Positions 1 to 8,729 of a stretch of 64,000 nt of DNA are shown in pieces; position 1 is the first letter of the stretch, and each line of letters begins with the position of its first letter. Location: assembly GCA_943787795.1 (NCBI GenBank), contig CALSNU010000004.1, forward strand, positions 192,001 through 256,000. The letters are read 5' to 3'. The DNA comes from an uncultured bacterium. Its GTDB lineage: Bacteria > Planctomycetota > UBA1135 > GCA-002686595. Under the pieces are notes generated by a model. That model searched no databases. It saw only the letters and a program-made list of their open reading frames with translations, and was not told where the DNA came from. Position numbers and translations under genes: made by a program.

Positions 1-1071
1 GCCCACCTCTCCGGACACCGCCGCTGCGGCGGCTGCGGCGGCGTCGGAGCCCGGCACCTTCACCTCATCCGCCCCGTCGCCCTCGCCCTCGAAGCGGCTG
101 GCCAGCGGCTCCGCGTGGAGCCCGCGCTCCTCGGAGAGGTACCGCACCAGCGGATCCACGTAGCCGTGCGTCACCAGGACACGCGTCGCGCCGGTGGCCT
201 CGATCGCGCCGAGCAGACCACGCCAGTCCGCGTGATCAGAGACCGTGAACCCCTGATCGAAGCCGCGCCGCCGCCGGGGCCCGCGCAGGGTCATCCAGCC
301 CGAGGCGAACGCGGTCGAGACGTCACCGAACTTCCGCATCCAAGGCGTGCCGTTGGCGGACGGCGGCGCGATCACCAGCCCGTGGCCGCGGATCTCCTTG
401 GCCACATCCACCGAGGCATAGCGGGTCGGCGGGAGTTCGATTCCCTGGTCGCGGTAGGGGCCGAGCAGCTTGTCGAGGGCCCCGTGGACCGCGATCGGAC
501 CGGGAGCGTCGTTGAGCGCCGCGAGGAGCCGCTGGGACTTCCCGAGGGCGTAGGCACACAGCAGGCTGGTCCGACCGCTGGCGGCGTTTCCCTCCCACCA
601 GGCGCGCACGTCCCTCGCCACATCCTCGGGGTCGGGCCACTGGAAGACGGGGAGGCCGAAGGTGCTCTCGCTGATGAAGACATCGCACGGCACCGCCTCG
701 AAGGCCGCGCAGGTCGGATCGCTTCCTGTCTTGTAGTCGCCGCCCACCACCCAGACCTCTCCTGCGCGCTCGATCCGGATCTGGGCCGAGCCGAGGATGT
801 GGCCAGCGGGATGGAAGCTCACCTCGACGCCGCCGATCCGGAGGCGCTCCCCGTACTCGAGCCCGTCCACCACGGCGTCCGCGTGGGTCCGAAGCCGCAC
901 GAGCTCGACCCCTGAGGCGGCCGTCAAGTACCGGCCTGACCCGGGGCGCGTGTGGTCCGCGTGGGCGTGGGTCACCACGGCTCGATCCACGGGACGCCAT
1001 GGGTCGATGTGGAATCCACCCGCCTCACACCAGAGGCCAGCCTCGGTGGTCGTGACGAGGTCGCCCCTCAT
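1..1071 (-). CDS. Ligase-associated DNA damage response exonuclease (metallo-beta-lactamase/beta-CASP fold); 3' end runs off the window
   Basis: Absent from the ORF track because it is open at the edge. Minus-strand translation from ATG 1071 gives MRGDLVTTTEAGLWCEAGGFHIDPWRPVDRAVVTHAHADH, then AGHILGSAQ, GDYK, ISESTFG and SDHADW motifs. The start overlaps the upstream stop (ATGA). Confidence 0.88.
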   Translation of the reverse strand, partial: MRGDLVTTTEAGLWCEAGGFHIDPWRPVDRAVVTHAHADHTRPGSGRYLTAASGVELVRLRTHADAVVDGLEYGERLRIGGVEVSFHPAGHILGSAQIRIERAGEVWVVGGDYKTGSDPTCAAFEAVPCDVFISESTFGLPVFQWPDPEDVARDVRAWWEGNAASGRTSLLCAYALGKSQRLLAALNDAPGPIAVHGALDKLLGPYRDQGIELPPTRYASVDVAKEIRGHGLVIAPPSANGTPWMRKFGDVSTAFASGWMTLRGPRRRRGFDQGFTVSDHADWRGLLGAIEATGATRVLVTHGYVDPLVRYLSEERGLHAEPLASRFEGEGDGADEVKVPGSDAAAAAAAAVSGEVG

Positions 1072-3503
1072 CCCCAGGGAGCCCGCGCCTCGGCGGACGA
1101 GAACGAGCCGAGGACCCGCCCTGCCAGCGCTCTGCCAGCGAGCCACGCGCCCTGGACCTTGGAGCCGTTCAGCCAGTCGCCCGCGACGCCGAGCCCAGCC
1201 TCCGCGTCCAGGGCAGCGCCGTCCGAGCGGGCCGGGTTGGCCGCGCTGAAGAGCCACCGCATCCGGTCGCGGTGCAGCACCGCGGGGAGGGCGACGCCCG
1301 CAGCCGCGCCGAGGGCCGAGAGCAACGCGTCGGCGACCTCATCCTCGCCCGCCTCGAAGTGCGCTCGGGACCAGTCGGGGCTCCCGTGGAGGACCCACGC
1401 CTCCCCGTCCGGTCGGCCGGGCTTCGAGCTGTTTCGGCAGACCCAGGACAGGGGCCCCTGATTCACGAAGGCGCCGTCAAAGGGCACGTCGAGGGGAGCG
1501 TCGAACGCCACCATGATCGCCACGCAAGGGTCCATGTCGACGGACGCCGCGAGGTCCATGAGGCGCGGCGACTCGTCCAGCAGCGGCGCCGCCTGCGCGG
1601 GGGGCGTCGTCACCAGCACGACGTCGAAGCCGCCGAGGGTTCGGCCGTCCTCGAGGGCCACGCTCCAGTCGCCGCCGGAGCGATCCAGGGCCGTGACGCG
1701 GCTCCCGCAGCGCACGTCAAGATCTCGCGCCGTCCGCCGTGCCATGGCGTTCATCCCCGGGACCCCGACGAACCGCAGGTCGGTCTCACCCGCCGCGCGC
1801 GCCCGCGGCTCCCCCGGGGCGTCGATCACCGCGATCCTCCCCCCCCAGGGCTCGACCACGCCTTCCTCGACCCACAGGTCCACCACCCGCCGGAACCGCG
1901 GATCCCTCGCCGTGAAGTACTGGGCGCCGTGGTCAAAGGCGAACGGGTCCGCGCGCCGGGTCGAGGTCCGCCCTCCCACGCCACGCCCCTTGTCGAGCAC
2001 CACCACCTCGTGTCCCGCGGCCTCGAGCGCCTCGGCCGCGGCGAGCCCGCAGAGGCCGGCTCCGATGACCGCGATGCTCCGCTTCTGCGCTGCCGGCGCC
2101 GAGGCGCGCGCCCCGTACCGCGCGACATCCAGGCGCGAGGCGTGCACCTCCGTGGAGCGGCCACGGAGCTCGCCAGTGATCGGCTCCGCCGGCGAAAATG
2201 GCCGATCGAATTGCCCGAGGCACCACAGGAGCCCGCCGTAGGAGGAGGGGTCCCTGCCGTCGAGCGCATAGCGATGGTTGAGGTCGATGAGCCGGGCGAG
2301 CGCAGCCTCGGGAGACGCAGACCACGGGATGAGCGCCTTGCCCCAGGTCATCCGCAGGTTGTTATGCAGCTCGCCGTGCCGCAGCAGCGATCGCTGCGTC
2401 GCGTCCCAGAGTTCGTCACCGGTGCGCGCCCCGGCGAGGTCCAGCGTGGAGCGGGCACCCGGACGCGGATCCGCGCGATGCTCGTCGAGGGTCAGCCGAG
2501 CCCACTCCGGAACCGCGGCGAGCGAGTCGAGGTCCACGCCGGCGTGGTGGCAGAAGTGCCAGGCCACCTCTCGCCAGACCAGCAGCTCATCCAGGAACTT
2601 GTCCGCCCCTGCGCCGCCGATCGCGAGGCACTCCCGGGCGACGGTCAGGGGTGAGAGCATGCCGAAGTGGAAGTAGGCCGAAAGCCTCGAGACCCCCGGC
2701 CGGAGGGCGTCGTTGCGATCCCGGGCGTAGCGGACGAGACGCTCGTCCCGGAAGGCCTCCCAGCGCGCCGACGCCGCGCGCGAGCCGCCGACGGTGTGCG
2801 GCACGGGCCCGATGCCGTGGTCCACGTCACAGGCGGCGACGAGCTCGGCCAGGAGCGCGTCGCCGTCCGCCAGGCAAAGGTCCAGGGGCTCGAAGCCGAG
2901 GTCCCCCGCGAAGCGCTCAGGGGTGGGCTGCTGGTCCGGCTCCCACCCGAGCCAGGCCTTGCGGGCCTTCCTGGTCGCCTTCTTGAAGGCGAAGGCCCGC
3001 TCGTAGCCCCTGGCCGTTGCGGTCAACGGGACGACGCAAGAGGCGTCCACTTCCACCACTGGCGTCTTTGTTGCGCTGGCCAGCGCAGCGGTCCAGGTGG
3101 TGAGGGGGGCGACCGGCGCGGCGTCGCAGAGAACGACCGCGGCTCGGCTGGCGAGCTGACGCAGCGCAGGCTGCTCATGGCCCGGCCGGCGGAGGTGGAA
3201 CGCGTACTCGATGCCGCGGGCGTCCAGGTCCGCAGCGAGGTCCCGGGCACCCTCCAGGACGAACGTCCAAAGCCGGTCCGAGGCGAAGGGGTGCCGATCG
3301 TCGAGCCCCTGATAGACGAGCAGCGGCAGGCCCAGCCCGTTGGCGACGGCGCACGCCGCCTCGAGCGCTGGGTTGGAGGCCGCCCTCATGGCCGATCGGA
3401 TCCAGAGCAGGACAACCTCGCCATCGACCCGGGGCGTCACATCGGGACCGAGGCAACGCTGGCCAAGCTCCTCCGGGAGCAACTGTTGGAGATCCGTCGT
3501 CAT
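1068..3503 (-). CDS. Class II-like CPD photolyase fused to a renalase-like FAD-dependent oxidoreductase
   Basis: N-terminal photolyase motifs (SRLSAYFHFG, FLDELLVWRE, LHNNLRMTWGK, NHRYALDGRDPSSYGG). C-terminal GAGLCG Rossmann motif, DKGRGVGGR, FDHGAQYF and GDWL. Start taken at ATG 3503 (MTTDLQ). Confidence 0.88.
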   Translation of the reverse strand: MTTDLQQLLPEELGQRCLGPDVTPRVDGEVVLLWIRSAMRAASNPALEAACAVANGLGLPLLVYQGLDDRHPFASDRLWTFVLEGARDLAADLDARGIEYAFHLRRPGHEQPALRQLASRAAVVLCDAAPVAPLTTWTAALASATKTPVVEVDASCVVPLTATARGYERAFAFKKATRKARKAWLGWEPDQQPTPERFAGDLGFEPLDLCLADGDALLAELVAACDVDHGIGPVPHTVGGSRAASARWEAFRDERLVRYARDRNDALRPGVSRLSAYFHFGMLSPLTVARECLAIGGAGADKFLDELLVWREVAWHFCHHAGVDLDSLAAVPEWARLTLDEHRADPRPGARSTLDLAGARTGDELWDATQRSLLRHGELHNNLRMTWGKALIPWSASPEAALARLIDLNHRYALDGRDPSSYGGLLWCLGQFDRPFSPAEPITGELRGRSTEVHASRLDVARYGARASAPAAQKRSIAVIGAGLCGLAAAEALEAAGHEVVVLDKGRGVGGRTSTRRADPFAFDHGAQYFTARDPRFRRVVDLWVEEGVVEPWGGRIAVIDAPGEPRARAAGETDLRFVGVPGMNAMARRTARDLDVRCGSRVTALDRSGGDWSVALEDGRTLGGFDVVLVTTPPAQAAPLLDESPRLMDLAASVDMDPCVAIMVAFDAPLDVPFDGAFVNQGPLSWVCRNSSKPGRPDGEAWVLHGSPDWSRAHFEAGEDEVADALLSALGAAAGVALPAVLHRDRMRWLFSAANPARSDGAALDAEAGLGVAGDWLNGSKVQGAWLAGRALAGRVLGSFSSAEARAPWG

Positions 3504-3674
3504 GTAGGGGAATTCGCCAACGTGTCGCTGCGCGATGCACGAACCGGCGCCCCTGTGCAAGTCATCCAGGGATCTCCCCGATGCCTCCGCCGTAGTTCCC
3601 GCAGTTGCGTCCCGTTGGCCTTCGGGCGAGCCTTGTGTTGAGGGTGCGTGACGCGATCCAACGCACCTCCTGCC

Positions 3675-4317
3675 ATGTCCGCACCCGACCGACTCCAGAC
3701 CTATGAGCTGCTGCGCCGCAGCGCTGCTGGCGACCCGCGCTCACGACAAGAGCTGACCGGCGTCGCCAAGCGCAGGCTCTCCGCGGAGTCAGGGCGACTG
3801 GAGAGGGATCAGGACGCCGCCCCCATCGAGCGAGTCGGCTCGGCTGGCGCGAGCTCTGGCTCGGCTGGCTCTGGCTCGGCTGGCTCTGGCTCGGCTGGCA
3901 TCGACCTCGTCGCCGCCGCCGAGGGCCTCTCCCGGGATATCTTCCATGATCCCGCCGCCGACGAGCTCCGGGCCGAGCTCCTGGGCGGAATCGCCCGCGC
4001 CATCGAGGAGCTGCTCGGTACGACGGGAGCCCAGACCTCCGCCTTCGCGCCGGCCATCCTGCTCCCGCCGCTTGAACCCGGGGCCGAGCGATTGAGAGGT
4101 GAGCTCCCCGGAGCTCGGCGACGCCCTGCGGCGCATGGGGCAGCTCCAGGGGAAAGACGCCTTGCTGGCGATCCTCTGCCTGGTGCTCGACCAGAGCGTG
4201 GACGAGGCGGCCCGTGCGATCCAGCGGCCGGTCGGCCTCGCCGAGCTGGAGTGGACCGTCGCCCGGGAGTGGCTGGACCGAGAGCTCGACCTCTCGACCA
4301 GATCGGCCGGCGCCTGA
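3675..4317 (+). pseudogene. Degenerate, frameshifted ECF-sigma-like gene (TIGR02999-like)
   Basis: N-terminus (ELLRRSAAGDPRSRQEL) is in one frame; the sigma region-4-like C-terminus (SVDEAARAIQRPVGLAELEWTVAREWLDREL) is in the +1 frame (ORF 4099..4317). The frame switch lies around 4093-4099. Confidence 0.5.
3853..3897 (+). repeat. 15-bp tandem repeat (GCTCTGGCTCGGCTG x3) encoding GSAGS repeats
   Basis: Three perfect copies read directly, plus a partial copy at 3837-3848. Confidence 0.9.
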
Positions 4318-4403
4318 GGCGGCACGCGGCAGCGAGACCCGGGACCGCGACTCCCGGGCGGACGGCGGCGGCTCCGGCGCCATGGCGACGTAGAGTGGCG
4401 CCC

Positions 4404-5243
4404 ATGACGGCTCTTCCCGAGGACTTGAAGGCGCGCTTCGAACGGGATGGCTTCGTCATCCTGGAAGACGCGATCGAGAGCGCGACCCTGGAGGCGCTCA
4501 GGGGCGCCATCGCGGAGCACGCGGCAGCCCATGACCCCGAGGCGGATCAGGCCGTGTTCCGAACAGACGATCGGGACGCCGGCCGCGAGGAGACGTTCTT
4601 CGCCTCGGCCAGGGGGATCCAGGCCTTCCTCGAGGCGGAGGCCCTCGATGAAGACGGTTCCCTCAGAGAGCCACGTGACCGCTGCCTCAACAAGATCGGG
4701 CACGCGCTCCACGACCTCGACCCCCGGTTCGAAGCGCTCGCGAGGAGCGAGGCCGTGAGGAGCGCCTTCGCCCTGGGCGGCCTCGAGCGCCCGCGGCTCG
4801 TGCAGAGCATGGTGATCTTCAAGCCAGCGGGGATCGGCGGCGAGGTGCGGTGGCACCAGGACGCCAGCTACCTCCTGACCGAGCCCCAGCGCGTGGTGGG
4901 CCTGTGGGTCGCCCTCGAGGACGCGGACCGGACCAACGGCTGCCTGTGGATGGCGCCTGGCTCCCACCGGGGGCCGCTCCGGGAACGCTTCGAGGTGGAC
5001 TGGGACGCCAGGAGCGGAGCGCTGCACGACCTGGACTCCACGCCCTGGCCCCAGGAGGCCGTGCCCCTCGAGGTCCGCGCGGGCTCGATGGTGGTCTTCC
5101 ACGACCTCATGCCCCACCGATCCGACGCCAATCGCAGCGAGCGCTCCCGGGTCGCCGTGACCCTCCACGCCCACGAGGCGGGCGCGGCATGGGCGCCTGA
5201 GAACTGGCTCCAGCGGGAGACGATGCCCCACTTCGACCTGTGA
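4404..5243 (+). CDS. Phytanoyl-CoA dioxygenase (PhyH) family Fe(II)/2-oxoglutarate dioxygenase
   Basis: FERDGFV start, LNKIGHALHD, WHQD...H facial triad, NGCLW, HRSDANRS..SR. TAGAGT lies 7 nt upstream of ATG 4404. Confidence 0.9.
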   Translation: MTALPEDLKARFERDGFVILEDAIESATLEALRGAIAEHAAAHDPEADQAVFRTDDRDAGREETFFASARGIQAFLEAEALDEDGSLREPRDRCLNKIGHALHDLDPRFEALARSEAVRSAFALGGLERPRLVQSMVIFKPAGIGGEVRWHQDASYLLTEPQRVVGLWVALEDADRTNGCLWMAPGSHRGPLRERFEVDWDARSGALHDLDSTPWPQEAVPLEVRAGSMVVFHDLMPHRSDANRSERSRVAVTLHAHEAGAAWAPENWLQRETMPHFDL

Positions 5244-5285
5244 GCCGTCAGCCGGCGGACATGAGCCGCCGGACATGAGCCGCCT

Positions 5286-5302
5286 GCCGCCGGAAAGGCG
5301 GC
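5286..5302. terminator. Small GC hairpin between convergent genes
   Basis: GCCGCC-GGAAA-GGCGGC, preceded by a 14-bp duplication (5256-5283); no U-tract. Confidence 0.35.
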
Positions 5303-5308
5303 GCCGCT

Positions 5309-7411
5309 TCAGACCGCGCGCGACTCGCCGAAGCGGGCGTAGAGCTCGCTGATCGGCCCGGGCTCTCCGATGACCAGGAGCCGGTCACCGCTCAGCAGCA
5401 CCGTCTCTCCCCGCGGTACCAGGGTCCGGCCAGCGCGGCGGACCGCGACCATGAGGCACTCCTCGGGGAGGTCGAGATCACGGACGCGGAGGCCTGCGAG
5501 CGCCTCCGCAGGGCCCCCGGGGTTCAACTCGATGGAGATGTAGCGCTCGTTCCGCAGGAAGATCTCCCGCAGCTGCACCTCGTTGGTCGCGCCCAACCAC
5601 TCCTCGATGAAGCGATCCTCGTCGATCCGACTCGCCAGCTGCGCGAGCATGCGCAGGTGCTGGCTCGGGTCCCCAGCGGGGCTGACCAGGAAGAACACCG
5701 CGTGGACCCCGTCGGTGGTGGTCTGCTGGCCGAAGACGTCCCCGCCTTCGATCGTCAGCCCCACGCTGCTCCTGCCGAGCACCAGGAACGGGCGCTCAAG
5801 CCCCTCCAGGTGCATGTGAGGCAACGCGACGCCCTTGGACACAGGGGTCGCGCCGGTCTTCGTCCCCTCGGTGAACCCGTCCACGAACGTCTGCGCCTCG
5901 GTCCCGGTCTTCGCGTGCAGCGCGCTGGCCGCGCGACCCACGAGCCGTTCGAATTCCTCGTCGGCTCCGAGATCGACCACGGAGGCGGTGACCACCACCT
6001 CGTCGAAGGGGTCGTCATCCCTGAGCCCCTTCTGCTTGAGGATCCCTCGCAGCTCGGAGTCCAGATCCTCATGGCGCTGCTCTCCGAGCCGCGCGAAGAC
6101 GTGAAACACGGCGCCGCGGCGCTCCACACGTCCCTTGGCATAGGTCCAGTACCACGCGATGCCGCCGGCCACCAGCGCCAGGCTGAAGAGGGTCGGCATG
6201 AGCCCCATGGCCGCGATGAGAAAGAACGGCGCGAAGATCCCGAAGAGCGGGAGCCAGGGATAGAGCGGGGTCCGGAAGCCCGGATCGTAGGAGCTGAGGC
6301 CGCTCTCACGCATCACGATGACGGCGAGGCACTCGAGAGCGAAGATGAAGAGCTGAAAGGAGCTGGCGAGCTTCGCGATGCCCAAGGGGTCGAGGAACAG
6401 CACGATCGCGATCACGACCCCGACGCTGAGCGCGATCGAGCGCGTCGGGGTGCCGCGACCACCGAGCCGCGCGAGCCCGGGGGGAAGCAAGCTGTCGCCC
6501 GCCATCGCCATCGGATAGCGAGACGCGCTGAGGATCCCCGCGTTGGCCACGGAGAAGAACGCGAGGACGGCGGCGAGCGTGATCACCGCCATGCCCAGCT
6601 TGCCCGCGATGGCCTCCGCGGCCTGGGCCATGGGCGTCTCGCTGCCGCTGAGCTCCGCCATGGGGACCACGCCGACCATGACCGACGTGGTCACCAGGTA
6701 GATCACCACCGCGGTGAGCATTGAGAGGAAGACGGCCCGGGGGAGGGTCCGCTCCGGGTCCTTGATCTCCTCGGCGACGCTGATGACCTTGGTGACTCCC
6801 ACGTACGAGATGTAGACCGTGCCCGCCGTGGCGATGATCGCGTCCGGACCCGAGTCGAAGAAGCCGCTGAAGGCGGTGGGGTCGATCTCGGGCAGCCCCA
6901 GCACCGAGAAGATCGTGAGGATGAGCATCAGCCCCCCGACGAGGAGCCGCTGGAACACGGCGGTCTTCTTGGCGCCGAGGACGTTGACGACGGCGAAGAG
7001 CAGCGCGAAGCCCACCGCGATGGACTTGGTCAGCAGCGGGCTCGGCTCGAGATAGAGCGAGACGTACGCGCCCAGGCCCACGAGGGCGAACGACGTCTTG
7101 AGGATCAGCGCCAGCCAGGTCCCGATCCCCCCCACCGTGCCTGCCAGAGGCCCGAGGCTGCGGTCCAGGAAGTAGTAGGTTCCGCCGGCCTTCGGCATGG
7201 CCGTCGCAAGCTCGACCTTGCAGAGGACCGCGGGGACCAGCGGGATCGCCGCGATCAGATAGCAGAGGGTGATCGCGGCGCCGGCCTGGCCTGCCGCGAT
7301 GCCCGGGAGCAGAAAGAGCCCCGCCGAGAGCGTCGCCCCGGTCGCCAGGGCGTACACATCGAGCAGGCGCAACTCCTTGGTGAGCTTGACCGTATCAGCG
7401 CTCTGTGCCAT
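5309..7411 (-). CDS. APC-family amino acid permease with C-terminal PTS EIIA-like and TrkA-C (RCK_C) domains
   Basis: About 12 TM segments with GATLSAGLF and ELATAMPKAGG; GVALPH EIIA motif; VRRAGRTLVPRGETVLLSGD RCK_C motif. Confidence 0.88.
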   Translation of the reverse strand: MAQSADTVKLTKELRLLDVYALATGATLSAGLFLLPGIAAGQAGAAITLCYLIAAIPLVPAVLCKVELATAMPKAGGTYYFLDRSLGPLAGTVGGIGTWLALILKTSFALVGLGAYVSLYLEPSPLLTKSIAVGFALLFAVVNVLGAKKTAVFQRLLVGGLMLILTIFSVLGLPEIDPTAFSGFFDSGPDAIIATAGTVYISYVGVTKVISVAEEIKDPERTLPRAVFLSMLTAVVIYLVTTSVMVGVVPMAELSGSETPMAQAAEAIAGKLGMAVITLAAVLAFFSVANAGILSASRYPMAMAGDSLLPPGLARLGGRGTPTRSIALSVGVVIAIVLFLDPLGIAKLASSFQLFIFALECLAVIVMRESGLSSYDPGFRTPLYPWLPLFGIFAPFFLIAAMGLMPTLFSLALVAGGIAWYWTYAKGRVERRGAVFHVFARLGEQRHEDLDSELRGILKQKGLRDDDPFDEVVVTASVVDLGADEEFERLVGRAASALHAKTGTEAQTFVDGFTEGTKTGATPVSKGVALPHMHLEGLERPFLVLGRSSVGLTIEGGDVFGQQTTTDGVHAVFFLVSPAGDPSQHLRMLAQLASRIDEDRFIEEWLGATNEVQLREIFLRNERYISIELNPGGPAEALAGLRVRDLDLPEECLMVAVRRAGRTLVPRGETVLLSGDRLLVIGEPGPISELYARFGESRAV

Positions 7412-7719
7412 CGCGAACAGGGTAGCGATTCACCCCACCTCTCCCACCATCCGAACCGGGTTCACCGGCTCCTTCGGGGCGCCAGCCTCCCGGAAAATTC
7501 GACCCGCTCGGGGTGCCGCGACGCCCACGGCCCGACGCCTTGCGGCGCACCGCGGCTGCCGGGACGCTGGACCGTGGAGCCCCCGGAATGCTGGCGACCC
7601 CGACCGGCAGCCGCTCCCACCACCGAGCGGCCCCCCGCCTAGAGTCGCCTCCCGCGCAGAGTCGCCCGCCGCGCAGAGATGCCCCCCCGCACGCAGCGCC
7701 GCCTTACACGGCGGCTCCA

Positions 7720-7833
7720 GCACAGAGCCGCTCTCGCACCAAGCGGCTCTCGCACAGGGCAGCTCTAGCGCAGAGCGGCTCTCGTACGCAGGGGCTCCCC
7801 GGGACGCAGGGGCTCCTCGGGACGCAGGGTCCC
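7720..7833. repeat. Degenerate 16-bp x4 array (GCACAGAGCGGCTCTC-like) followed by 17-18-bp x3 array (GGGACGCAGGGGCTCC)
   Basis: Read directly, immediately downstream of the usp stop codon. Confidence 0.8.
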
Positions 7834-7834
7834 G

Positions 7835-8725
7835 TCAGGACACCGGGCAGACAAAGTCCTTGGGCTTGAAGCAGAGGATTGACTCCTCCGCCTGAGGCAG
7901 GACGCGCTCGGCAATGGTGCCCACATCGAAGCCTGGGCGCCCTCCCCTGGAGAGGCTCCCCATCACGAGCACATCCGGGCGCTCTTGCTCCACCTTCTCG
8001 AGGATCTGAACGTGAGGGTCTCCACGCTCCAGGTGCAGCGTAGGGTCCACGTCGAGGGCGTCCGCCTGCCGCTCGAGGGAGGCGAGGGCCCGGGTCCGGG
8101 CCTCGTCGACCCGAAGGGCGTAGTCGTCCTCCGAGAGGTCCGCTGCCGCCCGCTGCTCCGCCCAAGTCAGGTTCCAGGCGTGCAGCAGGTGAAGCTCGCC
8201 ACTCGATTGCGCCGCGAGCCAGGCCGACGCCGAGAGGAGGTCGTCGGTCACCGGCGAGAAGTCCGTGCAGGCGAGGACGTGGCGGTGGTGCAGGTCATGC
8301 TCGGGGTTCACCAGCCACACGGGCGCCGGACACTTACGGAGGAGCTTGACCGCGGTGCTCCCGACCTGGCGCCGACCGCGATCCGGCACGGAGCGCTTGC
8401 CGGCCAGCACAAGCTCTGCGCCATCCTCGATCGCCGCCCGGCAGAGCGCGAGCCAGGGGTAGTCCTCGGCGATCCGGATCGCCGCCTTGGCGCCGTCCGC
8501 CTCGACGAGCTCCCTGAGTTCCTCCAGCTCCTCGGTGGCCTTGGAGGCGAGCTCCACCGGACCGCTGCCGTCCTCGGCCCACGCGGCGTGGAGCAGCGTG
8601 ACATGGGCGCCGGTGCGCGACGCCAGCCAGGCCGCTTGCCGAGCCGCCCTCACCGACCCCACGTCGGGGACGCCGGTGCGGGGGTGGAGTCCAATCCCGG
8701 CGACGATCTTTTGGATGGTCTCCAA
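7835..8725 (-). CDS. Universal stress protein (tandem USP domains, UspE-like)
   Basis: Two USP domains: GSTAVKLLRKCPAPVWLV and VLVMGSLSRGG...GTIAERVL. Confidence 0.88.
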   Translation of the reverse strand: METIQKIVAGIGLHPRTGVPDVGSVRAARQAAWLASRTGAHVTLLHAAWAEDGSGPVELASKATEELEELRELVEADGAKAAIRIAEDYPWLALCRAAIEDGAELVLAGKRSVPDRGRRQVGSTAVKLLRKCPAPVWLVNPEHDLHHRHVLACTDFSPVTDDLLSASAWLAAQSSGELHLLHAWNLTWAEQRAAADLSEDDYALRVDEARTRALASLERQADALDVDPTLHLERGDPHVQILEKVEQERPDVLVMGSLSRGGRPGFDVGTIAERVLPQAEESILCFKPKDFVCPVS

Positions 8726-8729
8726 GGCG

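Noticed and set aside
3648..5243. 531-aa ORF as a genuine fusion protein
   Set aside because: The middle section is an off-frame Arg/Pro/Gly-rich read of the ECF-like C-terminus, and phyH has its own -10 and ATG at 4404.
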